A DNA stretch of 64,000 bases from Bacteroidota bacterium (GCA_037137455.1 JBAXKG010000007.1:12036-76035), one strand, 5' to 3'. Shown: positions 10,284 through 20,613, counted from the stretch's first letter. Program-made: numbers and translations. The notes: generated by a model from the letters alone, not told the origin.

Positions 10284-10682
10284 ATGTTAGAGCGGATTTT
10301 AGAATTGTTAAAGGAAAAAAAATTCACTCCTTCCCAGTTTGCCGATGAGATCGGGATTCAACGTTCCGGAATGTCACATTTAATTTCAGGGAGAAATAAG
10401 CCAAGTTTGGAATTTGTGATGAAAGTGTTGCAAAGGTTTCCAGATATAAAACCAGAGTGGTTGCTTTATGGAACTACTGAATCAGAACCTGGAATAATAG
10501 AGGAAATGGTTATTACCCCAAAGCCTCCTGCTACATTATTTGATGAGCCTGGTTTACCCGAAAGCAAACAGGTAAGTAAACAACAACGAATTGTAAGAAA
10601 GGAAAAATCAGAAAATCGGGTAGAAAAAATTATCATTTTGTACGATGACCGGACTTTCAGGGAATATGAGCCTGAAAAATAA
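10284..10682 (+). CDS. XRE-family helix-turn-helix transcriptional regulator
   Basis: The N-terminus FTPSQFADEIGIQRSGMSHLISGRNKPSLEFVMKVLQRFPDIKPEWLLYG is a typical Bacteroidota HTH_3-type domain. The C-terminal tail is low complexity. Confidence 0.85.
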   Translation: MLERILELLKEKKFTPSQFADEIGIQRSGMSHLISGRNKPSLEFVMKVLQRFPDIKPEWLLYGTTESEPGIIEEMVITPKPPATLFDEPGLPESKQVSKQQRIVRKEKSENRVEKIIILYDDRTFREYEPEK

Positions 10683-11102
10683 TCAGGAGCGCTCAATAAA
10701 TGAAAAGAAGAAATTTGCTTCATGCTCAGCGCTTTCATCACTGTCTGATCCATGAATTGCATTTTCACCAAGGTTTTTACCATATAAATTTCGGATAGTC
10801 CCCTTTTCTGCTTTCGCAGGATCTGTTGCTCCAATAAATTTCCTGAAAGCTTCAACTGCATTTTCCTTCTCAAGAACAGCAGCTACAATGGGTCCCGACG
10901 ACATGAATGAGGTCAACTCATCATAAAATGGCTTCCCTGAATGCATTTCATAAAAATGACCTGCCTGGGCCTTGCTTAACCATATTTTTTTCATGGCCTT
11001 AATTATATATCCGCCCTCTTCAATCATTGCAAGAATTTTTCCGGTATAGCCAGCCTCGAATGCTGATGGCTTAATCATAGTAAAGGTCATGGAGCCTGTC
11101 AT
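10683..11102 (-). CDS. ndk: nucleoside-diphosphate kinase
   Basis: TFTMIKPSAF...GPIVAAVLEKENAV...TIRNLYG...NAIHGSDS are NDK signatures, including the catalytic His. The ATG at 11102 is preferred over the upstream TTG at 11129. The stop abuts the HTH gene stop with no spacer. Confidence 0.95.
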   Translation of the reverse strand: MTGSMTFTMIKPSAFEAGYTGKILAMIEEGGYIIKAMKKIWLSKAQAGHFYEMHSGKPFYDELTSFMSSGPIVAAVLEKENAVEAFRKFIGATDPAKAEKGTIRNLYGKNLGENAIHGSDSDESAEHEANFFFSFIERS

Positions 11103-11156
11103 TTTTCTCTTGTTTTTAAGACCGAACAAAATTACAATTATATTTTAAAATATCGT

Positions 11157-11164
11157 TAATTTTG
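11157..11164 (+). promoter_or_regulatory. candidate -7 box (TAATTTTG)
   Basis: A TAnnTTTG match 22 nt upstream of the TTG start of the DHH gene. Confidence 0.35.
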
Positions 11165-11186
11165 CATCCTGTAAACTTGACAATAC

Positions 11187-12206
11187 TTGGAAAACACCGA
11201 TTTTTCTGCTATATCTGAAAAGCTTTCTGTTCCTTTGCAGATATTGATCACAACACATACCAATCCCGATGGTGATGCCATTGGATCAAGCCTCGCACTT
11301 TCATCATATCTGAAAAAGAAAAACCATGTTGTGCAAGTACTGGTACCTGATCCCTTTCCTGATTTCCTTTCCTGGATGCCAGGGCACGAGAACATTTTGA
11401 TTTTTTCATCTGATAATGATGCATCTGTCCGTGCAATTGAAAATGCTGATCTTATAATTTCGGCCGATTATAACAGCCTCGACCGCCTTAATGAGGCTGG
11501 TCAAATTGTTCGCCAATCAAAAGCTATTAAAGTACTCATCGACCATCATTTATATCCGTCTGAAGAGTTCGATTTCAAAATTTCTATCTCTTCCATCTCC
11601 TCCACTTCTGAAATAATATACAATTTTATCAAGGAGAATGGTGATCTTCATTTATTGGATAAGGATATCGCAGAATGTATTTATACAGGTATCATTACTG
11701 ATACAGGTTCGCTTAGCTATTCCTGTAATTATGTCAATACATATTTGATCATCGCGGAACTATTTCGATTGGGCATTGATGGAGAACATATTCACAGGCT
11801 GATCTATGATACTTACTCTGAAAGCAGGTTGAGATTACTTGGCTATTCCATTAGCGATCAGCTGATTGTACTTCCTGAGTTTCATACCGCTTATATCAAA
11901 CTTACCAAAGAAGATTTGCAACGGTTTAATCATCAGATTGGTGATACTGAGGGAGTTGTAAATTATGCACTTTCCATCAGGAACATAAACCTTGCGGCTT
12001 TATTTATGGAAAAAGATGGAATTGTCAAGGTTTCATTCCGTTCAAAAGGAAATTTTTCTGTTGATAATTTTGCAAGGGAGTATTTCGGTGGTGGTGGACA
12101 TCGGAATGCCTCAGGCGCAAATTGTACTACTAGCCTTGATGAGACAATTCTCAAGTTCAAACAACTTTTATCACAATACCAGGCAAAGCTTAAAACTGTA
12201 TATTGA
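11187..12206 (+). CDS. nrnA: DHH/DHHA1-family phosphoesterase (NrnA-like oligoribonuclease/pAp phosphatase)
   Basis: HTNPDGDAIGS (motifs I/II), IDHH (DHH motif) and GGGGHRNASG (DHHA1 motif). A TTG start is required because there is no in-frame ATG before motif I. Confidence 0.85.
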   Translation: MENTDFSAISEKLSVPLQILITTHTNPDGDAIGSSLALSSYLKKKNHVVQVLVPDPFPDFLSWMPGHENILIFSSDNDASVRAIENADLIISADYNSLDRLNEAGQIVRQSKAIKVLIDHHLYPSEEFDFKISISSISSTSEIIYNFIKENGDLHLLDKDIAECIYTGIITDTGSLSYSCNYVNTYLIIAELFRLGIDGEHIHRLIYDTYSESRLRLLGYSISDQLIVLPEFHTAYIKLTKEDLQRFNHQIGDTEGVVNYALSIRNINLAALFMEKDGIVKVSFRSKGNFSVDNFAREYFGGGGHRNASGANCTTSLDETILKFKQLLSQYQAKLKTVY

Positions 12207-12207
12207 T

Positions 12208-12768
12208 TTGGAAACAAAAAATGGCATTGAAGTAAGAACTATCTCCTTGATTGTCTTTTCCCTGTTGATGTTTTACCTGATATCCTGCAGTGAATCGCCT
12301 GAACAAATACATTCTGCAAATAACATCCGCATGATGGATGATACCTTATTAAATTATAACAAGCAGGTTGTCAGGGAAGAAAGCCTGGAAATAGAAGATT
12401 TTATCAATCGATATCATTGGAAGATGAATACGACCCAAACAGGCCTTCGATATATGATTTACAAAAACGGAAAAGGCCCGTATGCCAGAAAAGGTGATTT
12501 AGTCAGCATAAAATATAACGTACGATTATTAAATGGAGATTTGGTTTATAAATCAGATTCATTGGCTCCTTTCAAATTTGAAATCGGGAAACGAAAAGTT
12601 GCCAATGGCCTTGAAGAAGGTGTGATGTTGATGAAACCCGGCGATATAGCTAAACTTGTCGTACCTTCGCACCTTGCATTTGGACTAATTGGAGATATGG
12701 ATAAAATCCCGAATAGGGCAATCCTGGTATATGATGTTGAAATTTGTTATATTAACAAGCCAAATTAG
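12208..12768 (+). CDS. FKBP-type peptidyl-prolyl isomerase lipoprotein (possibly GldI-like)
   Basis: The track ORF 11992-12768 overlaps nrnA. The TTG at 12208 gives a signal peptide plus lipobox (LISCS). The FKBP core reads GLRYMIYKNGKG...GDLVSIKYNVRLLNG...FEIGKRKVANGLEEGVMLMKPGD. The start is uncertain. Confidence 0.8.
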   Translation: METKNGIEVRTISLIVFSLLMFYLISCSESPEQIHSANNIRMMDDTLLNYNKQVVREESLEIEDFINRYHWKMNTTQTGLRYMIYKNGKGPYARKGDLVSIKYNVRLLNGDLVYKSDSLAPFKFEIGKRKVANGLEEGVMLMKPGDIAKLVVPSHLAFGLIGDMDKIPNRAILVYDVEICYINKPN

Positions 12769-12925
12769 TAAATTTACATCCGAATGCAATGATGGTTCAA
12801 AAAATGTTGAAAAAATAAATATTTGTTGTTAAGACAAATGCAGGACTTTATTATCTTGAGCAGGTCAATTTATTTTTTATCCGTTGAAATAATTAAATCA
12901 ATAAATATTAATCTAAAAGTTTAAA

Positions 12926-14233
12926 ATGCGAAGTATGAAAAAAGTGTTTGTGAATCCGTTGGTTATTGTGATGTTATTTGCTTTGACCATGTTAGCTTGT
13001 TCATCAAAGTATTCTGGTTATGACAAAACAGATACCGGATTATATTACAAGTTATTTAATGTTAGTAAGGATACGGTTAAAGCCAGGGTTGGGGATTGGG
13101 TTTCGTTGACAATGCGTTATTCCTACAAAGATTCTATTCTTTTCAACAGTAAATCATCAATGGGAAGTCCCGTGCGGTTCCAGTTGCCTCCTTCAGAGTT
13201 CAAAGGAGACATTTATGAAGGAATTCGGTTGATGTCGCCGGGCGATAGCGCCGATTTCATTGTGAATGCAGATTCCCTGTTCACGAAAACTTTTCGCCAG
13301 CCTAAACGTCCTCCATTTATCGATAGCAATAGTGTAATCCACTTTTATATTTCTTTAATTTCCGTTGACTCCCCATCAACCCTTATGAAAAATGAGGAGG
13401 TTTCGTTGAAAAAATATATCGATGATAAAAAAATCACCGTTACTCCAACAGTTTCAGGATTATACTTCATTGAAACAGTTCAGGGAAAAGGGATGAAGAT
13501 CGATTCAGGTTGTTGGGTAAAAGCCCAGTTTAAGGTATCTCTTATTGATGGGAAGCAGATTTTTTCAACCTTCGATCGTGGCGAACCGATGCAGTTTGAA
13601 TATGGCAAACGCTTTGATACTCCTGGCTTTGAAGAAGGTGTTGGAAAAATGATGAAAGGCGGCAAGGCAATGTTAGTTGTACCTTCAAAAATTGCCTTCG
13701 GTGAGATGGGCAGAGGCGCCATGGTACCACCCTATTCATCAATCATTTATGATATTGAAATTATCGATGTCCAGTCAAAAGCTGATCATGAAAAACAACA
13801 GACTCAGGAGAAAAAGAATGAACAACTTAAAATTGAAACCAATAAGAAACAGGAAGGAACCCTTATGAATAAGTATCTTAAAGATCATAATATCAGTGCC
13901 AAGCCAACAGCAAGTGGATTGATATATGTTGAAAAAGTGAAAGGAACCGGAGCGAAAGCCATAACAGGTAAAAAGGTCAAGGTACATTATACCGGAACAC
14001 TTCTTAATGGTACTAAATTTGATTCATCGCGTGACCGTAATGAACCATTTGAATTTACTTTAGGCCAGGGTCAGGTTATCAAAGGCTGGGATGAAGGTAT
14101 TGCATTAATGAATGTCGGTGGAAAAGCCACTATGATAATTCCTTCAAATATTGCCTATGGTGAACGCAATATGGGCTCAATTCCATCCTATTCTACCCTC
14201 GTATTCGATGTTGAATTACTCGATGTAAAATAA
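12926..14233 (+). CDS. multi-domain FKBP-type peptidyl-prolyl isomerase lipoprotein
   Basis: Lipoprotein signal (LACSS). There are three FKBP-like modules, and the last is canonical (VKVHYTGTLLNGTKFDSSRDRNEPFEFTLGQGQVIKGWDEGIALMNVGG). Confidence 0.9.
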   Translation: MRSMKKVFVNPLVIVMLFALTMLACSSKYSGYDKTDTGLYYKLFNVSKDTVKARVGDWVSLTMRYSYKDSILFNSKSSMGSPVRFQLPPSEFKGDIYEGIRLMSPGDSADFIVNADSLFTKTFRQPKRPPFIDSNSVIHFYISLISVDSPSTLMKNEEVSLKKYIDDKKITVTPTVSGLYFIETVQGKGMKIDSGCWVKAQFKVSLIDGKQIFSTFDRGEPMQFEYGKRFDTPGFEEGVGKMMKGGKAMLVVPSKIAFGEMGRGAMVPPYSSIIYDIEIIDVQSKADHEKQQTQEKKNEQLKIETNKKQEGTLMNKYLKDHNISAKPTASGLIYVEKVKGTGAKAITGKKVKVHYTGTLLNGTKFDSSRDRNEPFEFTLGQGQVIKGWDEGIALMNVGGKATMIIPSNIAYGERNMGSIPSYSTLVFDVELLDVK

Positions 14234-14249
14234 ATTAAAACCCTGAAAA

Positions 14250-15296
14250 TTGAAAAGCCTGATTTCATTTGTTATCATTTGTTTTCTTTCTGCTCAATCA
14301 TGGGTATTTGCAATAACAGTCGATTTTTCTGCCACACGGGTTTGCCTGGGTAATATAACCACCCTTATAAACACATCGATACCCGGTGATAGTGTTCAAT
14401 ACCGCTCATGGGATCTTGATGGTGATGGAAGATTTGTAGATGCCTATGATGACATCGTACAATATCAGTTCCCGTATCCTGGCGCCCATGAAGTTGGTTT
14501 AAGAATTGTTACACTTAGTGGCGAGGCAAGAGCTATTTACAAACTCGTCATGGTCGGAAATCTGTCGGTCGATTTTTTAGTACAAAATGGTTGTATCTCT
14601 CAACCAGTTCAGTTTTTTAACAGATCTACCATAATTGGCGATGTGATTAACGACTATACCTGGGATTTTGGCGATGGCAGTGCACAAAGTTATGAGAAGG
14701 ACCCGACTCACCAGTATTCTGCCCCGGGAACTTTTAATGTTACCCTCACGGTCAATTCAGCGTTTGGTTGTTCGGTAATTTCACAACCAAAAACTATTAC
14801 TATCGGAGATGCAGTTGTTATTGATCTAAAGTTTTCCGGAGATACCGTATTTGTCAAAGGCGGCAGCGTAACAGCTTACCTGCCTCCCGGCCTGTACGAC
14901 AGTGTTTTATGGTCGACAAATGATACAACCGAATCAATTATTATAACAAAAGGGGGGGGGTACTGGGTTAGAGCATTTGTTGGTGGTTGCTATGCTGAAA
15001 AAAGCTTTCATATCAGGGTTGAGGAATATGGTTCAACGCCTGTTATCATGACGATGATTACTCCAAATGGCGATGGAATGAATGATAAGTGGCAGATACT
15101 AAATCTTTTTAAGGTTGGCCCGTGCGAAGTGAATATGTTTAATCGTTTGGGTGAAAATATTTTATCAATTTCAGATTATCTCAACGACTGGGAAGGTACC
15201 TACAATGGAAAAGCATTGGCAAATGACACGTACTATTATTTTGTCCGTTGCTTGGATAATATCTTATTACAGGGAACAGTAAACATTCTGAAATGA
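14250..15296 (+). CDS. secreted PKD-domain protein with T9SS type B C-terminal sorting domain
   Basis: Signal peptide with a TTG start. PKD motif WDFGDGS...THQYSAPGTFNVTLTV. The C-terminal ITPNGDGMNDKWQI...FNRLGENI...WEGTYNGKALANDTYYYFV matches the gliding-motility-associated (type B) CTD. Confidence 0.85.
   Translation: MKSLISFVIICFLSAQSWVFAITVDFSATRVCLGNITTLINTSIPGDSVQYRSWDLDGDGRFVDAYDDIVQYQFPYPGAHEVGLRIVTLSGEARAIYKLVMVGNLSVDFLVQNGCISQPVQFFNRSTIIGDVINDYTWDFGDGSAQSYEKDPTHQYSAPGTFNVTLTVNSAFGCSVISQPKTITIGDAVVIDLKFSGDTVFVKGGSVTAYLPPGLYDSVLWSTNDTTESIIITKGGGYWVRAFVGGCYAEKSFHIRVEEYGSTPVIMTMITPNGDGMNDKWQILNLFKVGPCEVNMFNRLGENILSISDYLNDWEGTYNGKALANDTYYYFVRCLDNILLQGTVNILK
14952..14960 (+). repeat. 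G9 homopolymeric tract inside the type B cargo gene
   Basis: aaa ggg ggg ggg tac encodes KGGGY. This is the only G or C run of 9 or more that I found in a low-GC window. Confidence 0.9.
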
Positions 15297-16240
15297 GAAA
15301 AACCATATTCAGTTTATTTATTTTAATTGTTATTTGTCAGGAAATTTTCGCACAACAACTTCCTGTTCTTGATAATTATCTAATCAACCCTGTATCCATT
15401 TCTTCTGCTTTTTCAGGTAAATACTATTCATTTCAAACTATGGTGACCCATAGGAGTGAAGGAACAAGAATTATTGGTTCACCGGTTATCGGAAACATTA
15501 ACATCGATGCTGCTATCGCGAAAAAAATGGGAATAGGAGGGAGCATTCTACTGAATAAATCCGGAATTTATAAGCATCTTTCAGTCAACCTGAATTATGC
15601 CTACCATTTGCAACTTGCTAAATTACATTTTCTTAGTTTTGGTCTTAGTGCCACCATGTATCAAAATTCCATGGATGTTTCAGCTGTTATTGTGAAAGAC
15701 CCAAACGACCCGATGCTGGTTAATCCAAAAATAACCGAGTCGTATTTTAATGTAGGAACAAGTCTCCTTTATACCGGATCACTTCTTAATTATCAGGATT
15801 TTAATTTTAGTGTTTCCTTCCCTATACTCTTTAATAACAGGTCATTTTACGCTGATACACTGTATGAGTATGTACTTGCGATGAACAGAAATTTACTGAT
15901 CTATTCAAATTATTCGCTTGAGTTAAATGAAGACTGGAAATTGAAATTTGATCTTTTATTCAGATATACACAGCAAACTCCGTGGACAATTGAAGTTAGT
16001 ACCCTGGCAAAATTCCAGGACAGTTATTGGTTCGGGTTATTATACAGGAAACCCAGTATCATTGGAGTAACTGCTGGTTTGGCAATTATCAATAGCATTG
16101 TAATTAATTACAATTACGAATTCTTAGGTTTTTCTATGTTGGGAAATAGTGGAGGTAGCCATGAAGTTACTTTGGGATATCGTTTCGGAGGAATTGTAAA
16201 ACCTAAAAAGACCTTGCAAATAAAAGACTATGCCAAATAA
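15293..16240 (+). CDS. PorP/SprF-family T9SS outer-membrane protein
   Basis: Signal peptide followed by QQLPVLDNYLINPVSISSAFSG, the characteristic N-terminus. It is about 315 aa and beta-rich. ATGA overlap with the upstream type B cargo gene, which is the known cargo/PorP pairing. Confidence 0.8.
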   Translation: MRKTIFSLFILIVICQEIFAQQLPVLDNYLINPVSISSAFSGKYYSFQTMVTHRSEGTRIIGSPVIGNINIDAAIAKKMGIGGSILLNKSGIYKHLSVNLNYAYHLQLAKLHFLSFGLSATMYQNSMDVSAVIVKDPNDPMLVNPKITESYFNVGTSLLYTGSLLNYQDFNFSVSFPILFNNRSFYADTLYEYVLAMNRNLLIYSNYSLELNEDWKLKFDLLFRYTQQTPWTIEVSTLAKFQDSYWFGLLYRKPSIIGVTAGLAIINSIVINYNYEFLGFSMLGNSGGSHEVTLGYRFGGIVKPKKTLQIKDYAK

Positions 16241-19200
16241 AACAAGTAATTCTTTCCGGGGTCTCTTTGCATTAAGGGAGAAATGGGAAATAGGACTCCT
16301 TGCCATATTCTTTATCCTTATAAACCTTTTTGCCATTGGTCAGAACACATCAAAATCAGGTGGAGTTTGTTTCAGGGTTGACGATAATCCCGGCCTGATT
16401 AAGTTGAAACAGTTTGACTCAATATTTAGTAAATACCAGAAGAACTTTTGCCTGGCCATTACTTCGGGGGTTTTGCCACTTTCGCCCGATTATGTTTCTG
16501 CACTTAAAGGATTTACAGCATCGGGACATGAGATCATGGATAATACACCTAATTTGCAAACCCAGTCTTTTACTCTTCACAATATTCAGGATACTGCTCT
16601 TTATTCAAATGAATGGGGTGTTGATCATTTTAACGGACAAAAGGTTTGTTTAAAATATACCTCTATTGATCTTTCAAATCCACATGGAGAGGGGCCAATA
16701 AATGTTTTTGGCAACCAGATAATCAGTGAAAATAACGGCGAGTTTGCTGATCTTAATGGTGACCCCTATTTCTTTGCCATTTATATACCATATAAAGATA
16801 GTATGTACCTCTGGTACGATTTAAAAAATAAAAATCCAAATGATCCGGATAGTTTAAAAATTAAATCTTTTTGGGGAGAATCAGTGGATATTGGAACTCA
16901 ATGGTTTTTCAATTACAAAAAATTAACCCAGCGGGATGTTTACATGCATCCTTCGGCAATCAAGCTGCTGGGCAAGCAGTCTCGGAAAATTTTTGATGAC
17001 CTTCAGATGGATCGCCCGACAACCTGGATTCACCCTGTTGGCCAGGCGCCATGGCTCAATTCAAATGAAGTGAAGGTAAACCTTGGTGATTCACTGGGAT
17101 ATACGTGTGGATCGAATTTTAAAAATTTTGCATACTTTACCTATAATGAATACAATAACGATAAAACAAAGCAATTTTCCTTACAATCAGGTGATATTTC
17201 AATTGAGAAAAATACATTTCAATGGAATAAATCGAAAATTGCAGATGCCTTTGCGAAACATTTCGTGAAGGTCGATCTCTCTTATTTTTCTAATTCGGTT
17301 GGGGGCTGGAATGCATATCTTTATCGTTTAGACAGCCTTTTATCATGGTGTGTTGCAAGTAACATCCCGATTAAAACATTTCATCAATGGAGCGCCTTTG
17401 TCTACGACAGCCTTCCGAATCGTGGGGTAAACATATTTCCTAAGCTCCATGCTGACCTTGATGGCGATGGTTTCCCGGATGGTTACGACCAGGATACATC
17501 ATTAGAAGGTCACTATAGCCTCACTGATGGGGTTTCCGCCAGTGGAGGCCGTTGCTTCGAGCTCTTAGGAACCGGGAGTTTCTGCCGTGTGACAATGCTT
17601 GGCGGGGTTGAAAAAGGCAGTAATAAATTTACTTTATGGGTAAAACGTACCTCTGCCGATACCAGCAGAGTAGTTGTCGAATTTTCATTTCCTGAAACTG
17701 GAACAACTCAAACATTTGAATTTCTTGTTGATTCGACAATTTGGGTCAAGAAAGATGTGATTTTATCTATTCCTGTAACAGCCTCCCTTGTGAACATTTT
17801 GATTAAAAACGAAGGTCAAAATCTTGATATTGTGAAAATCAGTGGAATGGACCTGCGTTCCTCTGGGTTTTTAATGAAAACCAAGTACCCGGCACAGGAT
17901 GTCTTTGCTAATGTACAATTTGATAATGTCAATTTAAATGCATTGGTCAATGATTCAATATATGTTCCTTCAACCATCGAATGGTCCATCGGCAGTCATG
18001 ATACCATGAATTTATCTATCCTTCCGGGCAATATTCTCAGGGTTTTAAAACCATTATCATTTTGGACAGGCCGTGATAGTTCATACATTGTCGCACGTAG
18101 CCCTGAAGGAGTATTTGATAGCTGTTTCATGAACTTTATCTCTAGGCCTATTCCCAACGAGTGCAGCGGGGTGCCTATAATGTTATCGTTGCTTGATACA
18201 CTCAGTAACGATATAATTCAATGGACATCAACCCCACATGATTCATCCATGTCTGATACCACTGTTTATAATCCAGTTGTTGCTCCAAAAGTTACTACTA
18301 AATACATGGTTACCTGCACAAATCCGTTTAGTGGTAATATTAATATTGATAGCATCACGCTGGTGCGTTATCCTCTTCCAATTCCCGGGTTGCCGGCTGA
18401 TACTATGATATGCATCGGAGATAGTGTCAGACTTACTGTTCTTGATGGAACCCGTTTTTTATGGAGTACCGGAGATACTGTTGCCTCAATTGTTGTAAAA
18501 CCTACAGAATTGACTACTTATACAGTCGTTGTTTTTAACGATTATAAATGTTCCGTTACCGATAGTGCGCGGGTGATAGTTATAAATAAACCTGATGTAA
18601 TTTTGCATGGCTTGGCCCAGGCTTATTGCGTAAATGACTGGGCTGCAACAATATATGGCACTCCTTTCGGCGGAATCCTGGATGCCACGTCTGGGCTTTT
18701 TGGGAATCAGTTTTTTCCTGAGAGAGCTAATATCGGAATGAGTAAAGTTTGGTACACCTATACTGATCCAACAGGATGTAGCGCTACCGACACGGTTAAG
18801 GTTATGGTTTATGATCTTCCGCATATTTTGCCCCAACCCGATACAACCATATGTGCCGGAAACATAATTGTTTTGAACGCAGGCGCTGGTTTCGACAACT
18901 ACCAATGGTCAAATGGTAAAACCGAACCAATTATCATGGTCGATTCAACCGGATATGGAATTGGTATTTTTCAGATTTGGATTTACGTTACAAAAGACGG
19001 GTGTGCCTCTAAAGATTTTGCCCGAATTAAATTTGCACTTTGTCCGGGAATGGAAGAAAATTCGCTGGCTAAGGCATATACAGTATATCCAAACCCTGCA
19101 ACCATGGAAATATATCTTCAAGCAAAATCAGCCAAAGCAGAGCCGCTTGATGTCCAAATATTTAATTATAACGGGATTATTGTCAGCAAGAAAAGATATT

Positions 19201-19307
19201 TCGATATCCTCAATAAAATTACTATCTCCGATTTGCCAAAAGGCGCCTATATTATGAGAATATTAAAGGGAAATGAAGCAGCAGAGTATATGTTTATTAA
19301 AAATTAG
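16230..19307 (+). CDS. large secreted multidomain protein with T9SS type A C-terminal sorting domain
   Basis: 1025 aa. Cys-containing Ig-like modules recur (ICIGDSVRLTV...FLWSTGDT, ICAGNIIVLNAG...YQWSNGKT). It has a Ca-binding-like DLDGDGFPDGYDQD segment. The C-terminal YTVYPNPATMEIYLQ...GAYIMRIL matches a Por sorting domain. It overlaps the PorP/SprF gene by 11 nt. Confidence 0.8.
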   Translation: MPNKTSNSFRGLFALREKWEIGLLAIFFILINLFAIGQNTSKSGGVCFRVDDNPGLIKLKQFDSIFSKYQKNFCLAITSGVLPLSPDYVSALKGFTASGHEIMDNTPNLQTQSFTLHNIQDTALYSNEWGVDHFNGQKVCLKYTSIDLSNPHGEGPINVFGNQIISENNGEFADLNGDPYFFAIYIPYKDSMYLWYDLKNKNPNDPDSLKIKSFWGESVDIGTQWFFNYKKLTQRDVYMHPSAIKLLGKQSRKIFDDLQMDRPTTWIHPVGQAPWLNSNEVKVNLGDSLGYTCGSNFKNFAYFTYNEYNNDKTKQFSLQSGDISIEKNTFQWNKSKIADAFAKHFVKVDLSYFSNSVGGWNAYLYRLDSLLSWCVASNIPIKTFHQWSAFVYDSLPNRGVNIFPKLHADLDGDGFPDGYDQDTSLEGHYSLTDGVSASGGRCFELLGTGSFCRVTMLGGVEKGSNKFTLWVKRTSADTSRVVVEFSFPETGTTQTFEFLVDSTIWVKKDVILSIPVTASLVNILIKNEGQNLDIVKISGMDLRSSGFLMKTKYPAQDVFANVQFDNVNLNALVNDSIYVPSTIEWSIGSHDTMNLSILPGNILRVLKPLSFWTGRDSSYIVARSPEGVFDSCFMNFISRPIPNECSGVPIMLSLLDTLSNDIIQWTSTPHDSSMSDTTVYNPVVAPKVTTKYMVTCTNPFSGNINIDSITLVRYPLPIPGLPADTMICIGDSVRLTVLDGTRFLWSTGDTVASIVVKPTELTTYTVVVFNDYKCSVTDSARVIVINKPDVILHGLAQAYCVNDWAATIYGTPFGGILDATSGLFGNQFFPERANIGMSKVWYTYTDPTGCSATDTVKVMVYDLPHILPQPDTTICAGNIIVLNAGAGFDNYQWSNGKTEPIIMVDSTGYGIGIFQIWIYVTKDGCASKDFARIKFALCPGMEENSLAKAYTVYPNPATMEIYLQAKSAKAEPLDVQIFNYNGIIVSKKRYFDILNKITISDLPKGAYIMRILKGNEAAEYMFIKN

Positions 19308-19316
19308 TCACTCTGA

Positions 19317-20612
19317 TCATTCCCAATCAAGGCTTTCAAGTATCGATATTAATTCAAATGGGCGGTAGGGTTTTGCAATATATTCGTCCATTCCGGCAGC
19401 TAAACATTTTTCACGGTCAGTAACCATCACATGGGCTGTTACCGCCACGATCTTTATTCTATTTGACCCTGCTGTTTCCAATTCACGGATCACACGCGTT
19501 GCTTCAATCCCATCCATAATTGGCATAGCGATATCCATAAGGATCAGATCGTAATGAGAATTTTTAAATTTTTCAACCGCAATTTTTCCGTTTTCAGCAA
19601 GTTCAACGTGATGACCGGCACGCACGAGGCTTGTCATTGCAAATTTTTGATTTAAAAGATTGTCTTCAACAAGCAATATGGAAAGTGGTTTCAGTACTTT
19701 TTTTTGAGATATTCTTCCGAGCCGCTCATTGGCAAGCAGTTCATCATCTCCCTTTTCTAATAACAATGAAAACCAAAAGTTCGATCCATGACCTTTTTCG
19801 CTTTGAACACCTATTTTCCCATTCATCATACGAGTGAGATTTTTGGAGATCGAAAGTCCTAAACCTGTTCCTTCAAATTGTTTGACCAACGGATTTTCCA
19901 ATTGGGCAAAATCATTAAACAAGCTTACTTGTTCTTCAGGAGAGATGCCTATTCCGGTATCAATAACTTCAAATTTCAATAATACGGATTCTGGATTCAA
20001 ATTGGCACGATCTTTTAGATCGTCAGGAATAAATTCTCTGTTTTTATCGAAACTATTACTTTTAAGATCTATGGTTTCAACAGCTACCAAAACATGTCCT
20101 TGATTTGTGAATTTTATTGCATTATTAGTGAGGTTGATCAGTATCTGCTTTAATCTCACCGGATCACCAATTACACAAGTTGGAACCGTTGATTGGATCT
20201 TTGAAAAAAGATCAATACCTTTTCCTTTTGCTTTAATTGATAAAAGTTTTATAACCTGATAAATCTCTTCCTGCAGGAAGAATGGCTTCTGGTCTAATTT
20301 CAACTGGCCTGCTTCAATTTTCGACAAATCCAGGATATCATTGATAATGGTGAGCAGGTTTACACTGGAAATATTAATAATCTCCAAAAAATCGCGTTGC
20401 TCACTGGTAAGTTCTGTTTGGTTTAAAACATTATAAATGCCAATGATACTGTTCATTGGGGTCCTGATTTCGTGGCTCATATTTGCCAGAAACATGGTTT
20501 TTGATCTGTTGGCATTTTCTGCTTCCTGTTTTGCTTTTATAAGGGCATTGCGTACTTTTTCATGCTCTTCGATAGTAACAAAACCTTCTTTATTCCCTTG
20601 CAAGTCTTCCAT
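19317..20612 (-). CDS. cytoplasmic hybrid histidine kinase (HisKA-HATPase_c-REC) with no recognisable sensor domain
   Basis: H-box [13 protein letters not shown]1 and G2 boxes are NNAIKFT, DTGIGI and GTGLGLSI. The receiver reads [10 protein letters not shown]...[13 protein letters not shown]...AKPY. No TM helix, and only about 35 aa precede the H-box. Confidence 0.9.
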   Translation of the reverse strand: MEDLQGNKEGFVTIEEHEKVRNALIKAKQEAENANRSKTMFLANMSHEIRTPMNSIIGIYNVLNQTELTSEQRDFLEIINISSVNLLTIINDILDLSKIEAGQLKLDQKPFFLQEEIYQVIKLLSIKAKGKGIDLFSKIQSTVPTCVIGDPVRLKQILINLTNNAIKFTNQGHVLVAVETIDLKSNSFDKNREFIPDDLKDRANLNPESVLLKFEVIDTGIGISPEEQVSLFNDFAQLENPLVKQFEGTGLGLSISKNLTRMMNGKIGVQSEKGHGSNFWFSLLLEKGDDELLANERLGRISQKKVLKPLSILLVEDNLLNQKFAMTSLVRAGHHVELAENGKIAVEKFKNSHYDLILMDIAMPIMDGIEATRVIRELETAGSNRIKIVAVTAHVMVTDREKCLAAGMDEYIAKPYRPFELISILESLDWE

Positions 20613-20613
20613 T

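Noticed and set aside
16350-16560. A NodB/CE4 polysaccharide deacetylase domain at the N-terminus of the 1025-aa T9SS cargo protein.
   Set aside because: Only a partial motif match was found (FRVDDN and GHEIMDNT), and the second His of the H-x-x-x-H metal motif is missing. This is too weak to call without an HMM search.
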